Made by a program: the position numbers and the translations under genes | Notes under the pieces: model-generated | Database searches by the model: none | The model's input: the letters and a program-made list of their open reading frames with translations, nothing else | Told to the model about the DNA's origin: nothing | Shown here: positions 53,301 through 64,000 of the stretch, piece by piece | Numbering within the stretch: the stretch's first letter is position 1 | Layout of the letters: each line of letters opens with the position of its first letter | Source of the DNA: the human T2T-CHM13v2.0 reference genome, Homo sapiens | DNA length: 64,000 bases | Strand: one strand, 5' to 3' | Assembly (NCBI RefSeq): GCF_009914755.1 | Contig: NC_060936.1

Positions 53301-56300
53301 GTTAAACACACACATCACAAAGTAGTTTCTGTGAATGATTCTGTCTAGTTTTTATACGAAGATGTTTCCTTTTCTACCTTTGGTCTCAAAGCGATTGAAA
53401 TCTCCACATGGAAACTCCACAAAAAGAGTGTTTCAAATCTGCTCTTTCTGAAGGAAGGTTCAACTCTGTGAGTTGAATACACACACCACAAATAAGTTAC
53501 TGAGAATTCTTCTGTGTAACATTATATGAGGAAATCCCGTTTCCAACGAAGGCCTCAAAGAGGTCCAAATATCCACTTGCAGACTTTACAAAGACAGTGT
53601 CTCCAAACTCCTCCATCAAAAGAAAGGTTATACTCTGTGAATTGAACGCACACATCACAAAGTAGTTTCTGAGAATGATTCTGTCTAGTTTTTATACGAA
53701 GATATTTCCTTTTCTACATTTGGCCTAAAAGCGCTTGAAATCTCCACCTGCAAATATCACAAAAAGAGGGTTTCACATCTGCTCTGTCTAAAGGACAGTT
53801 CACCTCTGTGAGTTGAATAGAGGCAACACAAAGAACTTACTCAGTATTCTTCTTTCTAGCGCTCTATGAAGAAATCCCGTTTCCAACGAAGGCCTCAAAG
53901 AGGTCCAAATATCTGCTTGCAGACTTCAGAGACAGAGTGTTTCCAAAGTACTCTATGAAAAGAAAGCTTAAACTCCTTGAGTTGAACGCACACATCACAA
54001 AGTAGTTTCTGAGAATGATTCTGTCTAGTTTTTATACGAAGATGTTTCCTTTTCTACATTTGGTCTCAAAGCGATTGAAATCTCCAACTGGAAACTGCAC
54101 AAATAGGGTGTTTCAAATCTGCTCTTTCTAAAGGAAGGTTCAACTCTGTGAGTTGAATACACACACCACAAATAAGTTACTGAGAATTCTTCTGTCGAAC
54201 ATTACATGAAGAAATCCCGTTTCCAACGAAGGCCTCAAAGAGGTCCAAATATCCACTTGCAGACATTACAAACAGTGTGTTTCCAAACTGCTCCATCAAA
54301 AGAAAGGTTAAACTCTGTGAGCTGAACACACATCAAAAAGAAGTTTCTGTGAATGATTCTGTCTAGATTTTATAAGAAGATGTTTCCTTTTCTACAGTAC
54401 GCCACAAAGCGCTTGAAATCTCCAGCTGCAAATTCCACAAAAAGGGTGTTTAACATCTGCTCTTCTAAAGGAAAGTTCAACTCTATGAGTTAAATAAACA
54501 CAGCAGAAAGAAGTTACTGAGACTTCTCCTATCAAATATTATATGAAGAAATCCCGTTTCCAACGAAGGCCTCAAAGAGGTCCAAATATCTGCTTGCAGA
54601 CTTTACAGACAGAGTTTTTCCAAACTGCTCCATCAAAAGAAAGGTTAAACTCCTTGAGTTGAACACACACATCACAAAGTAGTTTCTGTGAATGATTCTG
54701 TCTAGTTTTTATACGAAGATGTTTCCTTTTCTACCTTTGGTCTCAATGCGATTGAAATCTCCACATGGAAACTCCACAAAAAGAGTGTTTCAAATCTGCT
54801 CTTTCTGAAGGAAGGTTCAACTCTGTGAGTTGAATACACACACCACAAATAAGTTACTGAGAATTCTTCTGTGTAACATTATATGAGGAAATCCCGTTTC
54901 CAACGAAGGCCTCAAAGAGGTCCAAATATCCACTTGCAGACTTTACAAAGACAGTGTCTCCAAACTCCTCCATCAAAAGAAAGGTTATACTCTGTGAATT
55001 GAACGCACACATCACAAAGTAGTTTCTGAGAATGATTCTGTCTAGTTTTTATACGAAGATATTTCCTTTTCTACATTTGGCCTAAAAGCGCTTGAAATCT
55101 CCAAGTGCAAATATCACAAAAAGAGGGTTTCACATCTGCTCTGTCTAAAGGACAGTTCACCTCTGTGAGTTGAATAGAGGCAACACAAAGAACTTACTCA
55201 GTATTCTTCTTTCTAGCGTTCTATGAAGAAATCCCGTTTCCAACGAAGGCCCCAAAGAGGTCCAAATATCTGCTTGCAGACTTTACAGACAGAGTGTTTC
55301 CAAACTACTCTATGAAAAGAAAGCTTAAACTCCTTGAGTTGAACGCACACATCACAAAGTAGTTTCTGAGAATGATGCTGTCTAGTTTTTATACGAAGAT
55401 GTTTCCTTTTCTACATTTGGTCTCAAAGCGATTGAAATCTCCAACTGGAAACTGCACAAATAGGGTGTTTCAAATCTGCTCTGTCTAAAGGAAGGTTCAA
55501 CTCTGTGAGTTGAATACACACACCACAAATAAGTTACTGAGTATTCTTCTGTCGAACATTACTTGAAGAAATCCCGTTTCCAACGAAGGCCTCAAAGAGG
55601 TCCAAATATCCACTTGCAGACATTACAAACCGAGTGTTTCCAAACTGCTCCATCAACAGAAAGGTTAAACTCTGTGAGGTGAACACACACATCAAAAAGA
55701 AGTTTCTGTGAATGATTCTGTCTAGATTTTATAAAAAGATGTTTCCTTTTCTACCGTAGGCCACAAAGCGCTTGAAATCTCCAGCTGCAAATTCCACAAA
55801 AAGGGTGTTTAACATCTGCTCTTCTAAAGGAAAGTTCAACTCTATGCATTGAATACACACAGCACAAAGAAGTTACTGAGACTTCTCCTATCAAACATTA
55901 TATGAAGAAATCCCGTTTCCAACGAAGGCCTCAAAGAGGTCCAAATATCTGCTTGCAGACTTTACAGACAGAGTTTTTCCAAACTGCTCCATCAAAAGAA
56001 AGGTTAAACTCCTTGAGTTGAACACACACATCACAAAGTAGTTTCTGTGAATGATTCTGTCTAGTTTTTATACGAAGATGTTTCCTTTTCTACCTTTGGT
56101 CTCAAAGCGATTGAAATCTCCACATGGAAACTCCACAAAAAGAGTGTTTCAAATCTGCTCTTTCTGAAGGAAGGTTCAACTCTGTGAGTTGAATACACAC
56201 ACCACAAATAAGTTACTGAGAATTCTTCTGTGTAACATTATATGAGGAAATCCCGTTTCCAACGAAGGCCTCAAAGAGGTCCAAATATCCACTTGCAGAC

Positions 56301-59300
56301 TTTACAAAGACAGTGTCTCCAAACTCCTCCATCAAAAGAAAGGTTATACTCTGTGAATTGAACGCACACATCACAAAGTAGTTTCTGAGAACGATTCTGT
56401 CTAGTTTTCATACGAAGATATTTCCTTTTCTACATTTGGCCTAAAAGCGCTTGAAATCTCCACCTGCAAATATCACAAAAAGAGGGTTTCACATCTGCTC
56501 TGTCTAAAGGACAGTTCACCTCTGTGAGTTGAATAGAGGCAACACAAAGAACTTACTCAGTATTCTTCTTTCTAGCGTTCTATGAAGAAATCCCGTTTCC
56601 AACGAAGGCCTCAAAGAGGTCCAAATATCTGCTTGCACACTTTACAGAGTGTTTCCAAACTACTCTATGAAAAGAAAGCTTAAACTCCTTGAGTTGAACG
56701 CACACATCACAAAGTAGTTTCTGAGAATGATTCTGTCTAGTTTTTATACGAAGATGTTTCCTTTTCTACATTTGGTCTCAAAGCGATTGAAATCTCCAAC
56801 TGGAAACTGCACAAATAGGGTGTTTCAAATCTGCTCTGTCTAAAGGAAGGTTCAACTCTGTGAGTTGAATACACACACCACAAATAAGTTACTGAGAATT
56901 CTTCTGTCGAACATTACTTGAAGAAATACCGTTTCCAAAGAAGGCCTCAAAGAGGTCAAAATATCCACTTGCAGACATTACAAACAGAGTGTTTCAAAAC
57001 TGCTCCATCAAAAGAAAGGTTAAACTCTGTGAGCTGAACACACACATGAAAAAGAAGTTTCTGTGAATGATTCTGTCTAGATTTTATAAGAAGATGTTTC
57101 CTTTTCTACCGTAGGCCTCAAAGCGCTTGAAATCTCCAGCTGCAAATTCTACAAAAAGGGTATTTAACATCTGCTCTTCTAAAGGAAAGTTCAACTCTAT
57201 GCGTTGAATAAACACAGCAGAAAGAAGTTACTGAGACTTCTCCTATCAAACATTATATGAAGAAATCCCGTTTCCAACGAAGGCCCCAAAGAGGTCCAAA
57301 TATCTGCTTGCAGACTTTACAGACAGAGTTTTTCCAAACAGCTCCATCAAAAGAAAGGTTAAACTCCTTGAGTTGAACACACACATCACAAAGTAGTTTC
57401 TGTGAATGATTCTGTCTAGTTTTTATACGACGATGTTTCCTTTTCTACCTTTGGTCTCAAAGCGATTGAAATCTCCACATGGAAACTCCACAAAAAGAGT
57501 GTTTCAAATCTGCTCTTTCTGAAGGAAGGTTCAACTCTGTGAGTTGAATACACACACCACAAATAAGTTACTGAGAATTCTTCTGTGTAACATTATATGA
57601 GGAAATCCCGTTTCCAACGAAGGCCTCAAAGAGGTCCAAATATCCACTTGCAGACTTTACAAAGACAGTGTCTCCAAACTCCTCCATCAAAAGAAAGGTT
57701 ATACTCTGTGAATTGAACGCACACATCACAAAGTAGTTTCTGAGAACGATTCTGTCTAGTTTTCATACGAAGATATTTCCTTTTCTACATTTGGCCTAAA
57801 AGCGCTTGAAATCTCCACCTGCAAATATCACAAAAAGAGGGTTTCACATCTGCTCTGTCTAAAGGACAGTTCACCTCTGTGAGTTGAATAGAGGCAACAC
57901 AAAGAACTTACTCAGTATTCTTCTTTCTAGCGTTCTATGAAGAAATCCCGTTTCCAACGAAGGCCTCAAAGAGGTCCAAATATCTGCTTGCACACTTTAC
58001 AGACAGAGTGTTTCCAAACTACTCTATGAAAAGAAAGCTTAAACTCCTTGAGTTGAACGCACACATCACAAAGTAGTTTCTGAGAATGATTCTGTCTAGT
58101 TTTTATACGAAGATGTTTCCTTTTCTACATTTGGTCTCAAAGCGATTGAAATCTCCAACTGGAAACTGCACAAATAGGGTGTTTCAAATCTGCTCTGTCT
58201 AAAGGAAGGTTCAACTCTGTGAGTTGAATACACACACCACAAATAAGTTACTGAGAATTCTTCTGTCGAACATTACTTGAAGAAATACCGTTTCCAAAGA
58301 AGGCCTCAAAGAGGTCAAAATATCCACTTGCAGACATTACAAACAGAGTGTTTCAAAACTGCTCCATCAAAAGAAAGGTTAAACTCTGTGAGCTGAACAC
58401 ACACATGAAAAAGAAGTTTCTGTGAATGATTCTGTCTAGATTTTATAAGAAGATGTTTCCTTTTCTACCGTAGGCCTCAAAGCGCTTGAAATCTCCAGCT
58501 GCAAATTCTACAAAAAGGGTGTTTAACATCTGCTCTTCTAAAGGAAAGTTCAACTCTATGCGTTGAATAAACACAGCAGAAAGAAGTTACTGAGACTTCT
58601 CCTATCAAACATTATATGAAGAAATCCCGTTTCCAACGAAGGCCCCAAAGAGGTCCAAATATCTGCTTGCAGACTTTACAGACAGAGTTTTTCCAAACAG
58701 CTCCATCAAAAGAAAGGTTAAACTCCTTGAGTTGAACACACACATCACAAAGTAGTTTCTGTGAATGATTCTGTCTAGTTTTTATACGAAGATGTTTCCT
58801 TTTCTACCTTTGGTCTCAAAGCGATTGAAATCTCCACATGGAAACTCCACAAAAAGAGTGTTTCAAATCTGCTCTTTCTGAAGGAAGGTTCAACTCTGTG
58901 AGTTGAATACACACACCACAAATAAGTTACTGAGAATTCTTCTGTGTAACATTATATGAGGAAATCCCGTTTCCAACGAAGGCCTCAAAGAGGTCCAAAT
59001 ATCCACTTGCAGACTTTACAAAGACAGTGTCTCCAAACTCCTCCATCAAAAGAAAGGTTATACTCTGTGAATTGAACGCACACATCACAAAGTAGTTTCT
59101 GAGAATGATTCTGTCTAGTTTTTATACGAAGATATTTCCTTTTCTACATTTGGCCTAAAAGCGCTTGAAATCTCCACCTGCAAATATCACAAAAAGAGGG
59201 TTTCACATCTGCTCTGTCTAAAGGACAGTTCACCTCTGTGAGTTGAATAGAGGCAACACAAAGAACTTACTCAGTATTCTTCTTTCTAGCGCTCTATGAA

Positions 59301-62300
59301 GAAATCCCGTTTCCAACGAAGGCCTCAAAGAGGTCCAAATATCTGCTTGCAGACTTCAGAGACAGAGTGTTTCCAAAGTACTCTATGAAAAGAAAGCTTA
59401 AACTCCTTGAGTTGAACGCACACATCACAAAGTAGTTTCTGAGAATGATTCTGTCTAGTTTTTATACGAAGATGTTTCCTTTTCTACATTTGGTCTCAAA
59501 GCGATTGAAATCTCCAACTGGAAACTGCACAAATAGGGTGTTTCAAATCTGCTCTTTCTAAAGGAAGGTTCAACTCTGTGAGTTGAATACACACACCACA
59601 AATAAGTTACTGAGAATTCTTCTGTCGAACATTACATGAAGAAATCCCGTTTCCAACGAAGGCCTCAAAGAGGTCCAAATATCCACTTGCAGACATTACA
59701 AACAGTGTGTTTCCAAACTGCTCCATCAAAAGAAAGGTTAAACTCTGTGAGCTGAACACACATCAAAAAGAAGTTTCTGTGAATGATTCTGTCTAGATTT
59801 TATAAGAAGATGTTTCCTTTTCTACAGTACGCCACAAAGCGCTTGAAATCTCCAGCTGCAAATTCCACAAAAAGGGTGTTTAACATCTGCTCTTCTAAAG
59901 GAAAGTTCAACTCTATGAGTTAAATAAACACAGCAGAAAGAAGTTACTGAGACTTCTCCTATCAAACATTATATGAAGAAATCCCGTTTCCAACGAAGGC
60001 CTCAAAGAGGTCCAAATATCTGCTTGCAGACTTTACAGACAGAGTTTTTCCAAACTGCTCCATCAAAAGAAAGGTTAAACTCCTTGAGTTGAACACACAC
60101 ATCACAAAGTAGTTTCTGTGAATGATTCTGTCTAGTTTTTATACGAAGATGTTTCCTTTTCTACCTTTGGTCTCAATGCGATTGAAATCTCCACATGGAA
60201 ACTCCACAAAAAGAGTGTTTCAAATCTGCTCTTTCTGAAGGAAGGTTCAACTCTGTGAGTTGAATACACACACCACAAATAAGTTACTGAGAATTCTTCT
60301 GTGTAACATTATATGAGGAAATCCCGTTTCCAACGAAGGCCTCAAAGAGGTCCAAATATCCACTTGCAGACTTTACAAAGACAGTGTCTCCAAACTCCTC
60401 CATCAAAAGAAAGGTTATACTCTGTGAATTGAACGCACACATCACAAAGTAGTTTCTGAGAATGATTCTGTCTAGTTTTTATACGAAGATATTTCCTTTT
60501 CTACATTTGGCCTAAAAGCGCTTGAAATCTCCAAGTGCAAATATCACAAAAAGAGGGTTTCACATCTGCTCTGTCTAAAGGACAGTTCACCTCTGTGAGT
60601 TGAATAGAGGCAACACAAAGAACTTACTCAGTATTCTTCTTTCTAGCGTTCTATGAAGAAATCCCGTTTCCAACGAAGGCCCCAAAGAGGTCCAAATATC
60701 TGCTTGCAGACTTTACAGACAGAGTGTTTCCAAACTACTCTATGAAAAGAAAGCTTAAACTCCTTGAGTTGAACGCACACATCACAAAGTAGTTTCTGAG
60801 AATGATGCTGTCTAGTTTTTATACGAAGATGTTTCCTTTTCTACATTTGGTCTCAAAGCGATTGAAATCTCCAACTGGAAACTGCACAAATAGGGTGTTT
60901 CAAATCTGCTCTGTCTAAAGGAAGGTTCAACTCTGTGAGTTGAATACACACACCACAAATAAGTTACTGAGTATTCTTCTGTCGAACATTACTTGAAGAA
61001 ATCCCGTTTCCAACGAAGGCCTCAAAGAGGTCCAAATATCCACTTGCAGACATTACAAACCGAGTGTTTCCAAACTGCTCCATCAACAGAAAGGTTAAAA
61101 TCTGTGAGCTGAACACACACATCAAAAAGAAGTTTCTGTGAATGATTCTGTCTAGATTTTATAAAAAGATGTTTCCTTTTCTACCGTAGGCCACAAAGCG
61201 CTTGAAATCTCCAGCTGCAAATTCCACAAAAAGGGTGTTTAACATCTGCTCTTCTAAAGGAAAGTTCAACTCTATGCGTTGAATACACACAGCACAAAGA
61301 AGTTACTGAGACTTCTCCTATCAAACATTATATGAAGAAATCCCGTTTCCAACGAAGGCCTCAAAGAGGTCCAAATATCTGCTTGCAGACTTTACAGACA
61401 GAGTTTTTCCAAACTGCTCCATCAAAAGAAAGGTTAAACTCCTTGAGTTGAACACACACATCACAAAGTAGTTTCTGTGAATGATTCTGTCTAGTTTTTA
61501 TACGAAGATGTTTCCTTTTCTACCTTTGGTCTCAAAGCGATTGAAATCTCCACATGGAAACTCCACAAAAAGAGTGTTTCAAATCTGCTCTTTCTGAAGG
61601 AAGGTTCAACTCTGTGAGTTGAATACACACACCACAAATAAGTTACTGAGAATTCTTCTGTGTAACATTATATGAGGAAATCCCGTTTCCAACGAAGGCC
61701 TCAAAGAGGTCCAAATATCCACTTGCAGACTTTACAAAGACAGTGTCTCCAAACTCCTCCATCAAAAGAAAGGTTATACTCTGTGAATTGAACGCACACA
61801 TCACAAAGTAGTTTCTGAGAACGATTCTGTCTAGTTTTCATACGAAGATATTTCCTTTTCTACATTTGGCCTAAAAGCGCTTGAAATCTCCACCTGCAAA
61901 TATCACAAAAAGAGGGTTTCACATCTGCTCTGTCTAAAGGACAGTTCACCTCTGTGAGTTGAATAGAGGCAACACAAAGAACTTACTCAGTATTCTTCTT
62001 TCTAGCGTTCTATGAAGAAATCCCGTTTCCAACGAAGGCCTCAAAGAGGTCCAAATATCTGCTTGCAGACATTACAGACAGAGTGTTTCCAAACTACTCT
62101 ATGAAAAGAAAGCTTAAACTCCTTGAGTTGAACGCACACATCACAAAGTAGTTTCTGAGAATGATTCTGTCTAGTTTTTATACGAAGATGTTTCCTTTTC
62201 TACATTTGGTCTCAAAGCGATTGAAATCTCCAACTGGAAACTGCACAAATAGGGTGTTTCAAATCTACTCTGTCTAAAGGAAGGTTCAACTCTGTGAGTT

Positions 62301-63396
62301 GAATACACACACCACAAATAAGTTACTGAGAATTCTTCTGTCGAACATTACAGGAAGAAATCCCGTTTCCAACGAAGGCCTCAAAGAGGTCCAAATATCC
62401 ACTTGCAGACATTACAAACAGAGTGTTTCCAAACTGCTCCATCAAAAGAAAGGTTAAACTCTGTGAGCTGAACACACACATCAAAAAGAAGTTTCTGTGA
62501 ATGATTCTGTCTAGATTTTATAAGAAGATGTTTCCTTTTCTACCGTAGGCCTCAAAGTGCTTGAAATCTCCAGCTGCAAATTCCACAAAAAGGGTGTTTA
62601 ACATCTGCTCTTCTAAAGGAAAGTTCAACTCTATGAGTTGAATACACACAGCACAAAGAAGTTACTGAGACTTCTCCTATCAAACATTATATGAAGAAAT
62701 CCCGTTTCCAACGAAGGCCTCAAAGAGGTCCAAATATCTGCTTGCAGACTTTACAGACAGAGTTTTTCCAAACTGCTCCATCAAAAGAAAGGTTAAACTC
62801 CTTGAGTTAAACACACACATCACAAAGTAGTTTCTGTGAATGATTCTGTCTAGTTTTTATACGAAGATGTTTCCTTTTCTACCTTTGGTCTCAAAGCGAT
62901 TGAAATCTCCACATGGAAACTCCACAAAAAGAGTGTTTCAAATCTGCTCTTTCTGAAGGAAGGTTCAACTCTGTGAGTTGAATACACACACCACAAATAA
63001 GTTACTGAGAATTCTTCTGTGTAACATTATATGAGGAAATCCCGTTTCCAACGAAGGCCTCAAAGAGGTCCAAATATCCACTTGCAGACTTTACAAAGAC
63101 AGTGTCTCCAAACTCCTCCATCAAAAGAAAGGTTATACTCTGTGAATTGAACGCACACATCACAAAGTAGTTTCTGAGAATGATTCTGTCTAGTTTTTAT
63201 ACGAAGATATTTCCTTTTCTACATTTGGCCTAAAAGCGCTTGAAATCTCCACCTGCAAATATCACAAAAAGAGGGTTTCACATCTGCTCTGTCTAAAGGA
63301 CAGTTCACCTCTGTGAGTTGAATAGAGGCAACACAAAGAACTTACTCAGTATTCTTCTTTCTAGCGTTCTATGAAGAAATCCCGTTTCCAACGAAG
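44385..63396 (-). repeat. Right sub-array domain: 8-mers only, with a three-HOR (24-mer, ~4074-bp) super-period
   Basis: Variant sets recur every 4074-4075 bp: gcgctcta 45714/49788/53862, ccaagtgc ~46956/51030/55104, gagaacgat ~48243/52317/56392. Identical ORFs lie at 47624 and 51698. Confidence 0.9.
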
Positions 63397-64000
63397 GCCC
63401 CAAAGAGGTCCAAATATCTGCTTGCAGACTTTACAGACAGAGTATTTCCAAACTGCTCCATCAAAAGAAAGGTTAAACTCCTGGAGTTGAACACACACAT
63501 CACAAAGTAGTTTCTGTGAATGATTCTGTCTAGTTTTTATACGAAGATGTTTCCTTTTCTACCTTTGGTCTCAAAGCGATTGAAATCTCCACATGGAAAC
63601 TCCACAAAAAGAGTGTTTCAAATCTGCTCTTTCTGAAGGAAGGTTCAACTCTGTGAGTTGAATACACACACCACAAATAAGTTACTGAGAATTCTTCTGT
63701 GTAACATTATATGAGGAAATCCCGTTTCCAACGAAGGCCTCAAAGAGGTCGAAATATCCACTTGCAGACTTTACAAAGACAGTGTCTCCAAACTCCTCCA
63801 TCAAAAGAAAGGTTATACTCTGTGAATTGAACGCACACATCACAAAGTAGTTTCTGAGAATGATTCTGTCTAGTTTTTATACGAAGATATTTCCTTTTCT
63901 ACATTTGGCCTAAAAGCGCTTGAAATCTCCACCTGCAAATATCACAAAAAGAGGGTTTCACATCTGCTCTGTCTAAAGGACAGTTCACCTCTGTGAGTTG
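63397..64000 (-). repeat. D-C-D variant (dimers A and B skipped; 4-mer C-D unit, truncated by the window end)
   Basis: The D-terminal box at 63380 (followed by ggcccc) leads into dimer C (aactgctccatc...ctacctttgg...acatggaaac) and then into D at 63737. Confidence 0.88.

Larger units (their letters stand above)
1..64000 (-). repeat. Centromeric alpha-satellite HOR array, SF1 dimeric type; canonical 8-mer HOR of 1359 bp (probably human D12Z3, D10Z1 the alternative)
   Basis: Continuous ~170-bp monomers with typical alphoid motifs (gttcaactctgtgagttgaa, aaagtagtttctgagaatgattctgtctag). The CENP-B box recurs every 339-340 bp (249, 588, 928, 1268, 1607, 1947...). Four dimer types repeat in the order A-B-C-D. 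One aagctt (dimer A) and one cagctg (dimer B) per HOR match my recollection of D12Z3 as a HindIII/PvuII 8-mer. Confidence is for alpha-satellite HOR; the chromosome assignment is only about 0.65. Confidence 0.99.

Noticed and set aside
1-64000. CRISPR-like appearance of a constant motif separated by variable sequence
   Set aside because: The intervening ~300-bp segments are homologous repeating dimers rather than unique spacers, there are no cas genes, and the constant motif is the CENP-B box.
1-64000. Transposon insertion (L1/Alu), inversion or non-satellite island
   Set aside because: No poly-A tail, target-site duplication, strand switch of the CENP-B box or break in monomer phase was seen by eye.
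1-64000. A previously undescribed biological system
   Set aside because: Everything is explained by a known satellite family and known turnover processes (unequal exchange, conversion, slippage). Any novelty is limited to haplotype-specific variants that need database comparison.

Overview
The whole 64-kb window is one uninterrupted, single-orientation array of primate (human-type) centromeric alpha satellite. It has ~170-bp monomers paired into ~340-bp dimers, with a CENP-B box in every second monomer (CTTCGTTGGAAACGGGA on the minus strand), which fits suprachromosomal family 1. Four distinguishable dimers (my labels A, B, C, D; each defined as ending in a CENP-B box) form a canonical 8-mer higher-order repeat (HOR) of 1359 bp with one HindIII and one PvuII site. 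This best fits D12Z3 (chr12) from recall, but D10Z1 is not excluded without alignment. I see no genes, RNA genes, transposon insertions or inversions; the four ORFs are accidental. I do not find an undescribed biological system. What is of interest is the layered array architecture. The left domain (1 to ~40.3 kb) mixes 8-mers, a single-origin 6-mer and a hybrid-dimer 8-mer into 2375-bp, ~7.46-kb and 13.9-kb super-periods. A scrambled zone of one-off HOR variants lies at ~41-44.4 kb. The right domain of 8-mers has a 4074-bp three-HOR period. Three separate CENP-B-box-disrupting alleles are present, two of them amplified. All comparisons were made by eye, so counts and breakpoints are approximate.
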